Shown here: positions 61,881 to 64,000 of the stretch, in pieces
Layout: the number at the start of each line of letters is the position of its first letter
Position numbering within the stretch: the first letter of the stretch is position 1
Assembly: GCA_013265495.1 (NCBI GenBank)
Contig: MU058065.1
Location: forward strand, 9,651,720 to 9,715,719
Direction of reading: 5' to 3'
DNA: 64,000 nucleotides
From: Vicugna vicugna
Lineage: Eukaryota
Translations under genes and position numbers: made by a program
Notes under the pieces: generated by a model
The model's input: only the letters and a program-made list of their open reading frames with translations
The model's database searches: none
What the model was told of the DNA's origin: nothing

Positions 61881-64000
61881 CTTACCATTGGAGTGCCCAC
61901 TCTGGGGTAGATTAAGCTATCAGAAATGTTAGTTCCTTCTCCCCCATGCTTGTGTTACTGCTTTGGGCACTACGAATTTTACCGGGTAGAAGGGACAAAT
62001 CTCTATATTGCTCTATAAATATTTAATGAATTGTATTTTAGTGGAAAGTCTTTAAGTGTATGAATATCAAGCTATTTTGCTAAAAGCGTGGGTTCTTCAT
62101 TGGGGCAGTTTGTGTGGAGAGTTAAAGATAATTTTAGAGTTTCAAATACTACAGGATAATGCAATGGTTAAAACAAAAAAACCAGAAGAATGTATCTTTA
62201 ATAATGTGAATTACTGCCTGTTCCCCGGAAGAATGCATTCCCAGCTGCAGAAGTCTCTATCTCGCTGCCCAGATCGAGCAGAATACAAAGGTCCAATGCC
62301 AATTTCGTCTGAAACTTGTTTTGCAGTGTCAGAGTCTTGGTTTTTAGGAAAAGACTTGTGGTTGCTATGGAACTGTTAATAATGATTGCTGCCTGTACCT
62401 CCATTCCTCATACTCCCAGTCTCCAATATAAAATCACTTAGACTGGGGCCGTAGGGCAGTAAACAAAGTTTCGAGCAGGAATTAACTGGGCTTGGGCATT
62501 AGTGTCTTAATGTAGGAAATGACTTTCATTATAACCTTTACTTACACTAGCGGCTTGGCTCTGTCAAAGGAGCTTCTAGTTTCCTGATAGTGGACTGAAG
62601 AGCGTGGGGTTCAAACCTTGCTCTTCTGCATAAGCATTGCTAAAAGCAGAAACATTTTAGGCTTTCATCACACAGTACATGTAAAAATATCTTTATTCGG
62701 TGCAGAACTGCCCTTTTTGTGGGTCTTTTATTTTCATGTATAAAAAGAAATTCAGCCAAATACTAGAGTTGTAAGTGGAAAGAGGAAAATATTTTTGTTG
62801 AAATATATGTATATGTATTTGAAAAATAAAATCTCATGGAAGAATGACATCTTTGTTGTATTTCTGTGAGATTTGTGATCCATGTAATAGATACATCTTA
62901 TTCCTGAATTGTCTTTCTAAGATACGGATCTCAGTGCTTATTAATGTATAACCAATCTTTGGGGGAAAACTAATCCAGTTCTTGAGCTCCAGGCACATAA
63001 AGTTAGGAATGGGTTATTGGATGGGTGGGAAGAAGATATATCTAATTTGGGGACTTTGCAGCCTCACCAGTATGCAAATGATTTTACAATAATGCAGATT
63101 AAATAGTTTCCCTTTCCACAACTGCTGCTGTCTCTAATCCCTACAGTATGTGTCTTCCAGCAATTATCTGGCCTAATTCTCTCTTTTATTGCCTAGGATT
63201 GTAACGCTTCAAATGAGGAACAAAGAATAAATGTTTGTCAGTCAAGTCTAAAACGATGCCTGAGTGCAGTTTTTCACTGACATGCAGATAGTTTCTAGAA
63301 ACAAAGGACATAAGCATTTTTGAAAAGGAAATGTACACATTACATTAGCCCTGGATCCCCCAACTTCTCAGCTTCAAGAAATGACTGTAACTTTGTAAAG
63401 GTTAAACAGACATGTTTAGGGCCCTGGGTGAAATTAAGTCTTTTACCAAGTGGATGGCACTGCATAAGGCAGAGGTGTATCTGGGCGAATCAACTGAATG
63501 TACGGTTCAGTACATTCATGTTTGCAGGGCTGTTTAAGGTATTATAAGGTCTGGTACAAAATAATAAAAATGCAGATGGAACTATCAAATTCATCAAGCT
63601 GCTGCAATAAATTCAGATGCTCTCCAGAGCTGGCAAGGTGATGTCAAGAAAGTTAAACTTGAAGAATGAGACTCAGATTTCTAAATGAGATCAGGGAAAA
63701 AAGAAAGCAGAGTTAATAGGGGAAATCAGGACTGAAACAATCAACATTACGGCTACATTTGGAGGAGAGTTTAAAAGTCAATTCTTTCTGGTTGTTTTAA
63801 AATCATTCTGCCAAGAAACTGACATTTTTATATACTTTTTATTTTTTGGTTTATTTAGTCTTCTTTAACATAGCCAGTGTTAGTTCAATAATCTAATATT
63901 TGGGGTACATTATTGCAAAATAATAATATAGCTGTATCAGTGAGGCAACAAAATACATCTGTTAATTCTGTATCTTTTCTAAGACAAAGCATAGTTTGTT

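Overview
AT-rich, CpG-depleted eutherian mammal genomic DNA with no recognisable host protein-coding exon, RNA gene or CpG-island promoter. It looks like a large intron or intergenic region. Old eutherian repeats dominate: L2, MIR, L1ME, CR1/L3, MaLR/ERVL LTRs, and hAT and Tc1/mariner relics. Younger inserts are a 5'-truncated ~3.3 kb L1 on the minus strand, two short L1 3' ends with target-site duplications (TSDs), and an intact 369-bp ERV1-type solo LTR. The young L1 3' ends, plus no visible Alu/B1/Bov-tA/PRE1/Can-SINE, suggest a cetartiodactyl, probably a camelid (inference). The only ORF-track peptides with recognisable homology are L1 ORF2 pieces and a hAT transposase remnant. The most notable items are: (1) the long L1 has ~300 bp of non-L1 sequence with its own AATAAA and poly(A) in place of the usual 3' UTR; (2) the solo LTR carries amplified PBX-type TGATTGAC motifs; (3) a 36-nt microexon candidate with a UGC motif. 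I found no convincing new biological system. Repeat family names are recalled from consensus sequences, not from a search, and boundaries of old repeats are approximate.
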